From Bugula neritina (taxonomy: Eukaryota; Animalia; Bryozoa): DNA of 64,000 nucleotides. Position numbers and translations under genes: made by a program. Positions 52,842 through 64,000 of the stretch are shown here, in pieces; the stretch's first letter is position 1; every line of letters starts with the position of its first letter. Under the pieces are notes generated by a model that saw only the letters and a list, made by a program, of their open reading frames with translations, had not been told where the DNA came from and did no database searches. The stretch spans positions 9,166,722 to 9,230,721 of the forward strand of contig OZ037766.1 in assembly GCA_964035545.1 (NCBI GenBank). The letters are read 5' to 3'.

Positions 52842-55800
52842 ATGGAGAATCCAAAAAGCTCAAAGTTAGAAACAATTATTTCTCAGCTTTTGAAAATACA
52901 TGTAGTTGGAATGAGTCAGACGTCATATAAATCTATTGCCTCTTTATGTGTGTTAACTCAAGGTTCCCTTGTCAGCCATTGTTATTATTCCATTCTTTCA
53001 ATTTCCTGGTTATCCACAAAAGCTAGCTCTCTTTTTAAGTATCATAATTTCATAGAAAGCTGTAGAACAAAATGCCCAGCATTTTTGAAAGTCTATTTTC
53101 TGCACTTGTTTATTATATATAGGACAGGTTACGTAATTCACAGACATAGCCTGCTGAACCACTCACATCTGCATAGCCTAAGAACTAAATATTGTTTAAA
53201 CTCTAAAGCCTTCCCTTTAGCTATCATGTAGTGTAACATCAACATTATAGGATGTTTATAACTGTTAGTTGCTGATGGTATAGTAATTATTGACATATTG
53301 AATGTAACCAAATAATATTTTATGGAATGTGAACTTTATTCAGCGCGATCTAACTTCACTGTGCTAATTGTTACAAAGTATTTGATTTGCCAACTCTTTA
53401 TAATATGACTGTGAGAGGTTATAGGTATATAACATTTAGAAATAGGACGAATTTGATTAGCTGTTTTTTGAAATATTTAAAACAAGTATTTTAGGTAAAA
53501 GCTGATTTTGGCTAATCAGAATTGAAAGCACTTCTGCATTTCTGCCTTTCAGCAAGTTAAATTCATTGTATTTTGCGGTTTTCATTTCGCTATGTTTGCT
53601 GCAATATAAATTATTATGTTATTATATATAATAATTGAACAAAAACATTTTGCGCATTGCATATACATGTAACAGTTAATAGAGCAGGTTTTACTAAAGT
53701 TATACTTGTGTGTCTTTCCTCCCAGAACCGTACCAGATAGCTCAGCCTCCGCGTCTGGAAAATCCAATGAAGAACCTACAGATGATTCCCGCGGTACCAA
53801 ATTCAGTTGTGGCTGTAGCTATAGTTGGACAATAGTGGTTCTGCTATCAGTTGCAATGATATTCGATTATGTTCAGAGAGTTAACTTGTCAGTCACATTG
53901 CTCTCTGTTGCTCCATCAAAAGAACCCAATGCTACTACTATTGGCCCCATCGTGGACCAAGTAAGTGTCGTATCTAAAGCTGCAACAATTTTCATAATAA
54001 TACGTGTCGCAGTAAATATGTTTTTGCTATTCGTAAAAGCTGAAAAGTGAGTTTTTTTTTATAAAGAAGCTTATTGTAATACATAACAAAATATCATAAG
54101 TTTGTTCCCAAGGCTAAAAATTGAATTTTCCAGTTTTGTTCTTTTCTATTTTTATCTCAATAGTATATGTCATGGCATCTCTCATGAGTTATAATGCCGG
54201 CAGTAAAATGCACTACTTTTCAGCTCACTATACAGTGTCTCTCTGTTTAATAATAATAATAGCAACAATAACCCAGTATGGTTGAGCATGCAGTGTCATA
54301 GTAGGATGTTGCTCAACTAGCTGATAGCTGCTCTCGAATTTTATCAAAAAAACTGGAAGTAGAATCTCTTGAAACACTGGATGATGTTTAATCATAACAA
54401 ATATGAATTGATTAAACTTAGAAAATTAGGTTAATGGTGATTCATGATTTTTTCATTGAGCTGCAATATAATATTACAAATTGTTTTCATAAATATGAAT
54501 ATATCTCGAGTAAGTATAAGTATTAGTGATTCAACTAAACAAAACTCGGTCTTCAATTTTAGTAGCTTTTGAAATAATGCTCTGTTAAAAAAATGTGCAA
54601 TTTTTGTCCAGCCATGTCATTTATGCTGATTTTTATGGTTTTTTGTATTTTTGTAAACACACAAGTTGATAAAGTTGCACTGATTTACAGTGAATTATTT
54701 TTTTATGATGAGTGAATGTATTCCAGGTTGTCAAAACAACTTACAGAGTCAACTTGTATATCATTTGCATATTCTTTCAAAAACTGCTGGGTACAAATGA
54801 AGTTTATATAAGTGCAACTTTTTGATACCAGGTAAAAAGCATGACCAATCGTCATAATATATAAGCAGCTCAAGTGGGCAATGTGCAACCAAACTCGATA
54901 CCTGTTACAGTCTCGCCTATATAATATTTTCGTAGTCTTTGAAACGTCTTCTTTTGAATACATTGACTGTGTACAGCCTATATATACCAGCAGCAATGCA
55001 GTAAATAATACTAACATTACATCTTCCTTAACCTTACCAGCATAGCTGAAAATATCAACCCTTGCTGTATTCTTCTCTCTAAATAAATTAACAGATACTT
55101 ATTTGTTTATTTATTAAATATTTAATTATAGATTTTTGTTAATGAAGTTAGGGAATAAGTGAATTTTGTCTGTTATCTGAAATATGGAAGGGGAAAAGCT
55201 ACTTGTTATGGAGTATTTTACAAATATATAATACATAATAGGCCCTGAAAATTACTAAAAAGTAAAGCATAAGTAAATGCAGGAATATTGTTACAATGTA
55301 ATGCTACTTAGCGTTGAGTTTCTGCCATTTAGATTTTCGTTACAGGAAGAAAATTTAATGTTCATTTAATTTTGAATCTTATTAAAGCACTGATCATGCA
55401 CCTAGCGCTTATATTTTTACTTTCTGTTCTACCCGTTATATTAATGCATTGTAGGAGTTTGCCAGCACATTTTGGACGCCAGTAGAGATTGGTTTACTCC
55501 ACAGCAGCTACTATGCTGGTTTCCTAATCTCACAGGTTCCAGCAGCAATAGCAAGCTATTACTTTATGCCCCACAGGTTGAGTATTATATTATATGTGCT
55601 TTTTATGTAATACCTTTAGACCATTTTCAATGTTTATAACCAGTAAACGAAAACTATAAATAATATTTATTTACTATAAATAAGCCAATAGTGAAACTAG
55701 CTGCCAAAGTTATAGAAAAAATATATTTTGCTATTCGGAATTTATTTCTTCTTTTGTTCCTTTTGTCAGGTTTAGATTTTTATATGGCTGAGCAGTTAAG

Positions 55801-58800
55801 TGTTATGCAGCCATTGCAGTTAGCAATTTAACTTTTTTATTCCAAAATTTGAAATCAGAGTATTTATTTTTGCAAAATATTTTACTTTACATTACATTTT
55901 AGGACACTGGCTGTTGGCTTGCTTATTTCAGGTTCATTAAACCTGCTACTCCCGTTTCTCATAATCCATGAGATATACTGTTTAGTTCTCATCGTAAGAT
56001 TTCTCCAGGGTTTATTGGAGGTATGTTTACTTTACTTACACTTACTTTACTTACAGTTACTTTACGTTACACTTGCATTACTTAGACTTACTTTACTTAC
56101 CAAAGTTCATCATACACTGCAATATGCTACATATGTAACATTAGCATAAGCATTGTTTTTACTCTGCTCATACAACCAGCTGTATGTGTACAGTTATACT
56201 TTCAGCAAAAGGGCTACGAGCTTAGTTATGCACCATGTTGTATTTATATCATGTATTACTAAGGACTAGATTAGATGTTTCAGACTAACCAATTATTGCA
56301 AGTCACTAAAACTTTTGGTTTATTACAGCCTTGAAGTTTTGAATAGAGAAACATAGCAGTCTTATGAATTTTAAAAGGTTTCTTTTCTAAATACTTGCAT
56401 CAAGCTTTATTTTGACTCGGTGCAATTTTATTTGAATTTGTAGGTGAAGATCATAGCTATGATCTTCACCTACAAATTTAAATAAAATTGCATTGACAAA
56501 TCTATTGTAGAAGTCAAATTATTTATTAACATGCATAATCACTATATGAAGCCATTTTGTTTTACTTCAACTTATCGGTATAGCTACTTATGTGTTAATG
56601 TGATAATCAGCATAATATCTAAACTTCAACTAATTTATTTTATACAGGGTGTATTGTGGCCAGCCTCCTATGTCCTGTTGAATAGCTGGACAGCACAGAA
56701 AGAGAGATATAGAGCATCTGGCATAGTCGCTGCAGGTATCTTTAAGTACACTTAGTTGATCTGTTTCTAACCATACACTAAAAAAGTTCTAATAAAAATT
56801 TCAATTTCTTTTAATGGGGGGGGGAGGGGGTTAATCTAACATAAGAGAACTTTAGCTTTACAAGGGAGGTTAATGCTGAATAGGCCTAATAAATAAATAA
56901 TCTGCTAATCAAGAACAGTACAAGCATTTAGCAGTAATTTAGTAACGTAAAATTATAATGTATGATATATTGTGGCAATTCTAAATTGGCTAATGTTTTA
57001 CACAGTCACACTCAAAGTTGAAAGAAAAATTCTTTAATTGGTCCTGAGAGTTGAACTATTTGCAATAAAATTGTTTTTACTAAATCAGGTTGTCCCAGCA
57101 AGTCTCTTTAAATTTGTGGCCAATAAATTCCATCTCCCAACCTGTACGCCTCACAATCAAATAGAATTTGAACCTGCAGTTAGTTGCACTGGTTGTAAAT
57201 TCTGCTAAAATTGTAATAACACATTTGCACGTGATTGTTTTTTTTTGGTACACAATAACCAGCTATGAGATGCAACTGTAATGGCCAATGGGGACGCAGA
57301 AATTATCAAAATAAATTTTTACTTTTCGTTGCTAGGCTATTCCAATTAGGTTTCGTGCAGCTAAATAATGATCATTAATGAGCCTGCGATAACTTTTTAG
57401 GATCCTATGCAGGGCCTATTGTAGGCTTCCCTCTCTGTAGTTTGATAGCAGCCAACCTCGGATGGCCATACGTCTTCTATATTTCAGGTTTGATTATATC
57501 TATATATAGTAAAACTGCATAAAATTTGAATTGTGAAATGAGAGCTATGGTATAACATTCAATACAATGTAGTTACTGATATTTTTCAGCAGCTGCTAAA
57601 CATTTATTACTGCAGGTGGTGCCTGCATAGTGTGGACTATTTGTTGGATGATATTCTCTTCTGATAAACCAGAGAATCATCCGTATATTTCAGAACAGGA
57701 AATGATGTATTTGAAAAATGAAAATGTCCAATTAAGTGCTGACGTAAGTAGGCAATCGTTTTATGCAAGAGCAGTACATGCTGACAGTGCATTGCAACAT
57801 GCTTACAGAATGTTGGAGAAAAGTTACAGTAGCATTTCGTGTTTGTCTATCTATTATACAATGACTAGATGCTCTTCCTAACACCACCAATGGCCTTTGT
57901 CAGGGGGTCATGGGTTTGAACCCTACAAAGGCCATTGGTGATGTTAGAAAGAGCACCCAGTCATAATTGCTCCTGTGCCTCATCTGAATAAGTCCTTAGC
58001 CCCGATTAAACAAAAAAAAACCTTTTCATCTGGGGTTTCTCACAGGGGTGGTGACTATAAACTTGCATGAGTTTTTATCTATTATACAATAACTATTTAC
58101 AGTGTCATTCTCATATTTTATACCTATACGGTGTGCTGTACAGTCATGCATGCGTTATTATAGTGGAAGAGCACACCTTGGAGAAGCATGCTGAGATCCA
58201 AACCATTCATAGCCTTGTGCCTCTGTGGCTTTGCAAAAGGTTGGGTGTTTGACCTCTTACTTGCAGAAACACCAACTTTCTTGAATGCTTTTAATTTAAC
58301 CATTGAGGAGGTAAGACTTTAGAAAATAACCAGTTTGTGTGCGAGTTCACATGAGCAGTATAATGTAGACAGACTTTTCATCCACTGCAAGCACTATAAA
58401 AGTTACTCCCTAAATATTCTTAATTTTAACCTAATTATACTAATTCTGTACATTTATTATTCTATATAATATTATGATTACTTTTGTCGTGTAATTTTTG
58501 GCATGAGAAAAACTAGATCTTGGAACATGTGCTAATATTTAGCATATTTTGATGCATTAATATAAGTAGTAGTATTATATGTGGGACATATTATATTGTA
58601 TTGTATAATAACTGCTTATTTCTTTGTGATAAAACTTATCGATGTTTTGTAGATTGGACTTTTCTCTGCTCTACCGTTTGCACTACGACTAGCTATGTCC
58701 TACCTCAGTGCAATAATAGGAGACTATTTTATAAACAGAAATATTTTGAGTCAAACCACAGCCAGAAAACTGCTCAACACTATAGGTAATACAGCTGACT

Positions 58801-61800
58801 CACACCAACATAACTACTCACTTTAAGAGCTAAAATTATAAGAAATTTCAAGCTTTACTAACTGGTTCAGCAAGTATAGCAATTACCTTTTTATCTTCAG
58901 TCAATCTGCTTATTGAGTGCTAGAGTATTTGTTATCAAATGAGTTATCATAAACAAATTATATTATTTATATTATATCAAAATATATTGTAGACTGTTGT
59001 ATTATATTAATTTATAATATTATTTAGGTTTTGGTACAGAAGCAGCTTGTTTGTTTTCAATGGGGTTTATATATTCTGGCTCTGCCTGTGTGGTTCTGCT
59101 GACTATTGGCTCAGGGGCAGCAGGACTATATGTATCTGGTGAATATATTATCAACTATTATCATGATATTTAATCTGCTTTTAAGTGTTATTATATAGAT
59201 TGATGATGACAATATTTTGTTGAACAATGCAGAAGCAGTCAATAATTAAATGACCATTGCTACATATTCTATGGTATGTGACACATGGTGTATATGTCAC
59301 ATGATATATGTCACATGGTATATGTCACTTGATGAATATAGTTTTGATAAGAAAAACCTACAGCTATAGACATACACCAAGAGTAAAATATCATCTGAAG
59401 CTGTTGACAAAAATATGTTTGTATGCTCTTGGGTTCATTAAAAAGGAAGTGTTTTTACTTCTGTTTCTTTCTACAAAACTCATCTTTGAATAGCCCACAA
59501 TTTGCTTTATCAATCTCTTGGGTTGGTGCTATTGCCCACTTTCCAATACATACAAGTGTCAACAATGAACCTGACATCGTAAATTATTGAGTTTATTTTC
59601 TATAATTCTATTATTTTAGGATGGCAGACCAATCATCTTGATTTGGCTCCACAATACGTTGGGATATTAGTTGCCATTACTCAATCAGCATCAAATTTAG
59701 GTGGAATTATCAGCCCTCTTTTGGCTACATATTTCATATCCATAAGTGTAAGTTCTACCAATACAGTTAAAACATAGTTAGACAATAATATAGTAATATA
59801 TTTAGTCTACCATGTCTACATCGTATCGACCAGTTATCTGTTATAGCAACTATGGTATGATAGAACTTTCTGGTAGAAATTTCAATAAACAGGGTAAAAT
59901 AACTCTAGAGAAGTCATAAGTCAAACAACCAAGTTTCTGTAAACACTGACTACTAGCACACGCAACATAGCATAGAAGACTAACAAATTTTTATTTTTAT
60001 GCCCCGGTCTAATTTACATATCAAAGAAACAAATAAATTTATTCTGTGATTCAACAAAAGTCTTATCCAAAGCTTTTTTTAAAAAATAAAACTTCTTTCA
60101 TGGCTCTAAAACCTTATAAAATTAAAGAATTAAAATCGTCATAGCCTACGTATATTATTATATCATATTTTAGATGCCTATTTGATTACACTTTAATTTG
60201 CTATAAACCAGCTTTATAAACTTCCTGTGTGATTCTGTAACAGCATGTCTACCATTATGTCATAAAGCAGGATGTACAGCATTTTCTGATTATCTAAAAC
60301 AGAACAACACAGCTACTTGCTTATTGCTTTTAGGTGACAAGAATAAGCAGAATTAAAACCATTTGAAGTTATTTAAAATACTTTTACAATTTTATGTTTA
60401 TTTTTTTGTTTTTCAAACTTGTATAAAAGCAGAATAAAATTAAGGTTTTTCTTACTTGTCGTATAGCTATCAGCTCAACCTACAGTACCACCACTTTCTA
60501 GTGTGCAATTATTATAACTTATAGTATTATAGGCACTCTATACTGCATACATATATTATAAAAAATTATTTATCTGAAATGATATATGTATAAAAATACA
60601 TAAGAAATATAGTATGTGAATAAATTTCAACTTGATTCCCATCTAAGAGAGGATAATTGTAAGTAATACAAGTGTAAATCAATGATGTTAATTTTTTGCA
60701 GTATAATATTCTTATAATTATTAACTAAAAGCAAATAATAATTACAGTTATAATTGAATCAACTTCTTTTACGAGCTAGTTCAGTAATATAATTATACGT
60801 AGTATTTATCCTACTATTTCAGGGCAAGTTAACATTTGGTAGAGAAATTCCCCCAACTATTTCAGAGGTGAGTGCAAGCTTACAGACATATTCTCACTTC
60901 GACTATGAAAATTCACTCATTGTTTTATCTTGCAAGACAATAAAGTATCTATAGGTATGGACAAAAATAATAACAGAAGACCTAAAAGCATGAATAATGA
61001 GAGTATGAGAGCAAATTATAGACCTATGGGAGCTTTTTTAAGCATATGAGGAAGAATAATGGTTAGATACTTTATTGCAAGGATATGAGATAAAATAGTG
61101 AGTGAATTTTCCATATTCCACTACATGTGTTGTTCAGTTTGTGAACTTTATGTAGGCATTTAAGTATAGGTGTAGTGATATACTGTAAGCTGGCCATTCA
61201 AACTTTTGGATTTCAAGATACCTCGTGAAAGTTTTCTATTTGCACGACAGCAAAAAATACAAGAAGTGAACAAAAAAGTTGAAGTACATGAGTTGCTGAA
61301 ATTAAGCTTGTTCATACAAAACCTTTAGTTAAAATATAAAAAATAGAAAAATAAGAAAAAGAAAGGCCCAGAAACTATGTCCGTACATGAAGCAAAAAAC
61401 TCTTTTGAGTATATTTTAGGGCATATACGCATGGCACATGACGTTCCTGATTTCAGCTTTGATTAATGCCACAGGATGTGCCTTTTACGCGACATTTGCA
61501 TCAGGTAGGCAGATCAAACTAGTTTTATATAATAAATGACATAATAAGTTGTACTTGCTAATTAATAAGAATAAACTTATTTTAAAATCCCTGGCAACAA
61601 ATATCTCCGAATGGCATTTGTAAATTTTAACAAAATATTATGTTAAAAATGCCATATCAGTAGAACCAAAAAGCCAAGCTATGCTATCTAGAGCCTGCGC
61701 AGTGGGACAGGGGTTGTGTCCCCTTTTTGGGACAAGCTTTGGTTACTGCAAACCTAATGTGCTATAAATGTGTTCTAATTAACAAGCTTTTCTTTAAAAC

Positions 61801-62269
61801 CAGCTTAATAAAATGCCTCACCTGTACTAATTTAATTATCAAATAAATTGAAAATTTGATCTAACAAAAAATTAACAAGTATAAAAAGTATAAGTTGTAC
61901 TCGCATAATATGCTACTTAGTATTTTACAATAAAATTTTATTTCTCTGTCAAACTTATTTGTTTCTGTGAGCTTATTTTACTTATCAGCAATACTCCTGC
62001 AGGCTCTAGCAATAGTCTAAGGGCAATTTGCAATAGTCCTGGAACGATGCAAGCAGCGGCCTTTTTCTAGGTGACAGTTACTAGATTATATACTAGTTTA
62101 TAGGCTGTTAGATATTGTACCAGCTGAGTACATGCTATATATGATATTATTAGGAGATCTGCAACCTTGGGCCGCAGAAGAAGAAAGTCTAGATGAGCTT
62201 TCACCTGTTGCTTCAACGTCAGGTGCCAAGTTGTCTTATAATGCAATCAATCAAAATAAAATAAGATGA
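52842..62269 (+). CDS. SLC17 anion transporter, divergent VGLUT-like (about 506 aa, 13 coding exons)
   Basis: Exons 52842-52864, 53726-53960, 55455-55576, 55903-56020, 56648-56735, 57401-57487, 57616-57743, 58164-58310, 58653-58785, 59028-59138, 59620-59747, 61420-61504 and 62154-62269, all phase-consistent. Motifs QRVNLSV, RFLQGLLEGVLWPA, GSYAG, HPYISEQE, TPWRSML, GFGTEA, NHLDLAPQYVG and ASGDLQPWA. The first micro-exon is least certain. Confidence 0.9.
56421..56492. repeat. 72-bp loopless palindrome (1 mismatch)
   Basis: TGCAATTTTATTTGAATTTGTAGGTGAAGATCATAG|CTATGATCTTCACCTACAAATTTAAATAAAATTGCA. Confidence 0.92.
57861..57964. mobile_element. Inverted pair of SINE-like segments (40-bp arms, 36/40)
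   Basis: 57861-57900 is the reverse complement of 57925-57964. The spacer contains a B-box-like GGGTTTGAACCC. Confidence 0.65.
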
Positions 62270-63681
62270 AAGGAACCGTATTACCATGTTGGTTTGATGT
62301 CCCTGTATTTTGACTTGAATATGTTATAATAAAAAATACATCAAGGTACAGCCTATTTGAATTAATAGTATTTGATTAATTGATTAATTATATAAGCTCC
62401 ATCGTATAGCATTTACCTATGAAGATATAATGTGTCTCCACAGGTCAGTTCTGACCATACAATGGGTAAACATACACCAACATATTTTAAATACATAAAA
62501 TGGTGTGTTAAAAAGCTTTGATTCAACATAGCAGATAGAATTCTTCTGCACCACGATTATAAGCAAATCAATGCATGAGGATTACAGTAAAAAACTAATT
62601 TATTCATGCATATGAAAAACTGTGTAATTTTGCTTTTACAAAATTTTTATTAATATAATAAGTGACAACCAGTTGTTAAAGTTAAACTCTGGCAATATAG
62701 AAATTAATTTTCAATAAAATTGAATTTAAAGAGTAATTTATTAAAATCAATTTTGCTAATAAGGATAAATATTTCATCTGGTAAATTTGAAAAATCTTTC
62801 TATAGTCTATCTTTTACAGTTGCTGCTTACACATTTTAACTTATGCACATTTCAAACTAAACAACCCAGTCTTTCGAGTTATCTAAGCATACACTGGAAG
62901 AGTTTGAATCAGCTAATCAGCTTGCAGGCAAGAAAACATTTAAGTTGTTAGATTTAACTGTAACTTGTATGACACACTTTTTCGCACAAGGCATTATTTT
63001 CGTATAGCAATTTACTTGTGTTTAATGATGTAGTCTTAACTTTTGAAATAATAATCTTTATGAATTAGGCCGCTTATTTTGAAGTTTAGATATCTTTATG
63101 AAATAAGTTGTGTAATTTTGAAACAGCGCTGCTAATATCTATCAATAAAAATAACATATTTGTATGTAAAAAATATTGATACTGGAGCTACTTCCTGCAA
63201 ACAATTTAGTATTTTTGAAGGGACTTTCTTAATTAGGGTAGAAACTAATGCAGTAAAACAAAAAACAGGAAAATATTGACAATGATGGTTAGGCTATGCA
63301 TGTTTTGTCAGACACTAATTTTATACACAAACCTAAACCTTGGCACACTTAGGTGTTGCCATAGTTATCACTATATTATTATATATATCCACATGCACTG
63401 TAAATATCAATATAAGTATATATAAATCTATGTCAGTATGAATATATTATAAACATGCACACAACACTCACACACTTATTGTTAGATAAAAATAACAAAT
63501 TGTAAGGCAAGTGAATACAGTATATGCTTTCATTGTTTTCACCACCATAAAAGAACTGCCCATAGTACAGGCAAATTGCATTCCATCAAATTATTTATGG
63601 GGTTTTCACCCCTTTTTTCCAATCTCCACAGGGAGCCAACTCATTATTTAGAAAGACAACTCCACTGCCTTACTTTATCCG

Positions 63682-63866
63682 CTAGCTAAGAGGGATAATT
63701 CCAGATGATGGATTTCTTGTAGTTTCTTTTTTAATCATTCTAGTCATCTCAACACTAAGGAACTGATCATCACTGTTGGTAGTTTTAAGGTATGTGCGCT
63801 TTGGACCAACTTCAAGTGTGTAGTTGTTGAAACAAATCGTAGTACTTGTTGAATATGTCTTATGCC
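63682..63866 (-). CDS. Possible terminal coding exon of a minus-strand gene starting beyond the window
   Basis: Acceptor cttttag, then an open frame HKTYSTSTTICFNNYTLEVGPKRTYLK...SSGIIPLS*. No recognised family. Confidence 0.3.
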
Positions 63867-64000
63867 CTAAAAGATTGGTTCATAACCCAAAAGTCATTAC
63901 AAGCTGGATAGAAGTGGTCCAATAACGTTTGCAGTCTCCCAGATTTTGAATAACAAATGCATTGGATCATACATGTAACTTTCCACAATACAATATATTT

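Overview
AT-rich, intron-containing animal DNA. The myosin sequence points to a lophotrochozoan, but the species cannot be fixed from sequence alone. Assembling exons by hand with GT-AG phase checks gives seven genes: the 3' end of a CENP-C-like cupin gene (+), TDP2 (+), METTL9 (-), a striated-muscle myosin II heavy chain (+), an unannotated single-pass membrane protein with PPxY and endocytic motifs (-), a ZnT1/SLC30A1-like zinc exporter (+) and a divergent VGLUT-like SLC17 transporter (+). There is possibly an eighth terminal exon at the right edge. Introns and spacers hold hAT-type MITEs, LINE, Gypsy and R4/Dong-like fragments, SINE heads, palindromes and satellites. Best observation: an intron of the myosin rod hides a CpG-rich 119-codon alternative first exon that splices in frame onto [10 protein letters not shown]. 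This predicts a headless catchin/myorod-like isoform, and there are two alternative tailpiece exons. Other leads are triplet-periodic AT tracts and a structured repeat flanking the presumed housekeeping promoters, METTL9 lying near an HxH-rich zinc transporter, and an Arg-to-Lys change at a key VGLUT position. All gene models are predictions without transcript support.
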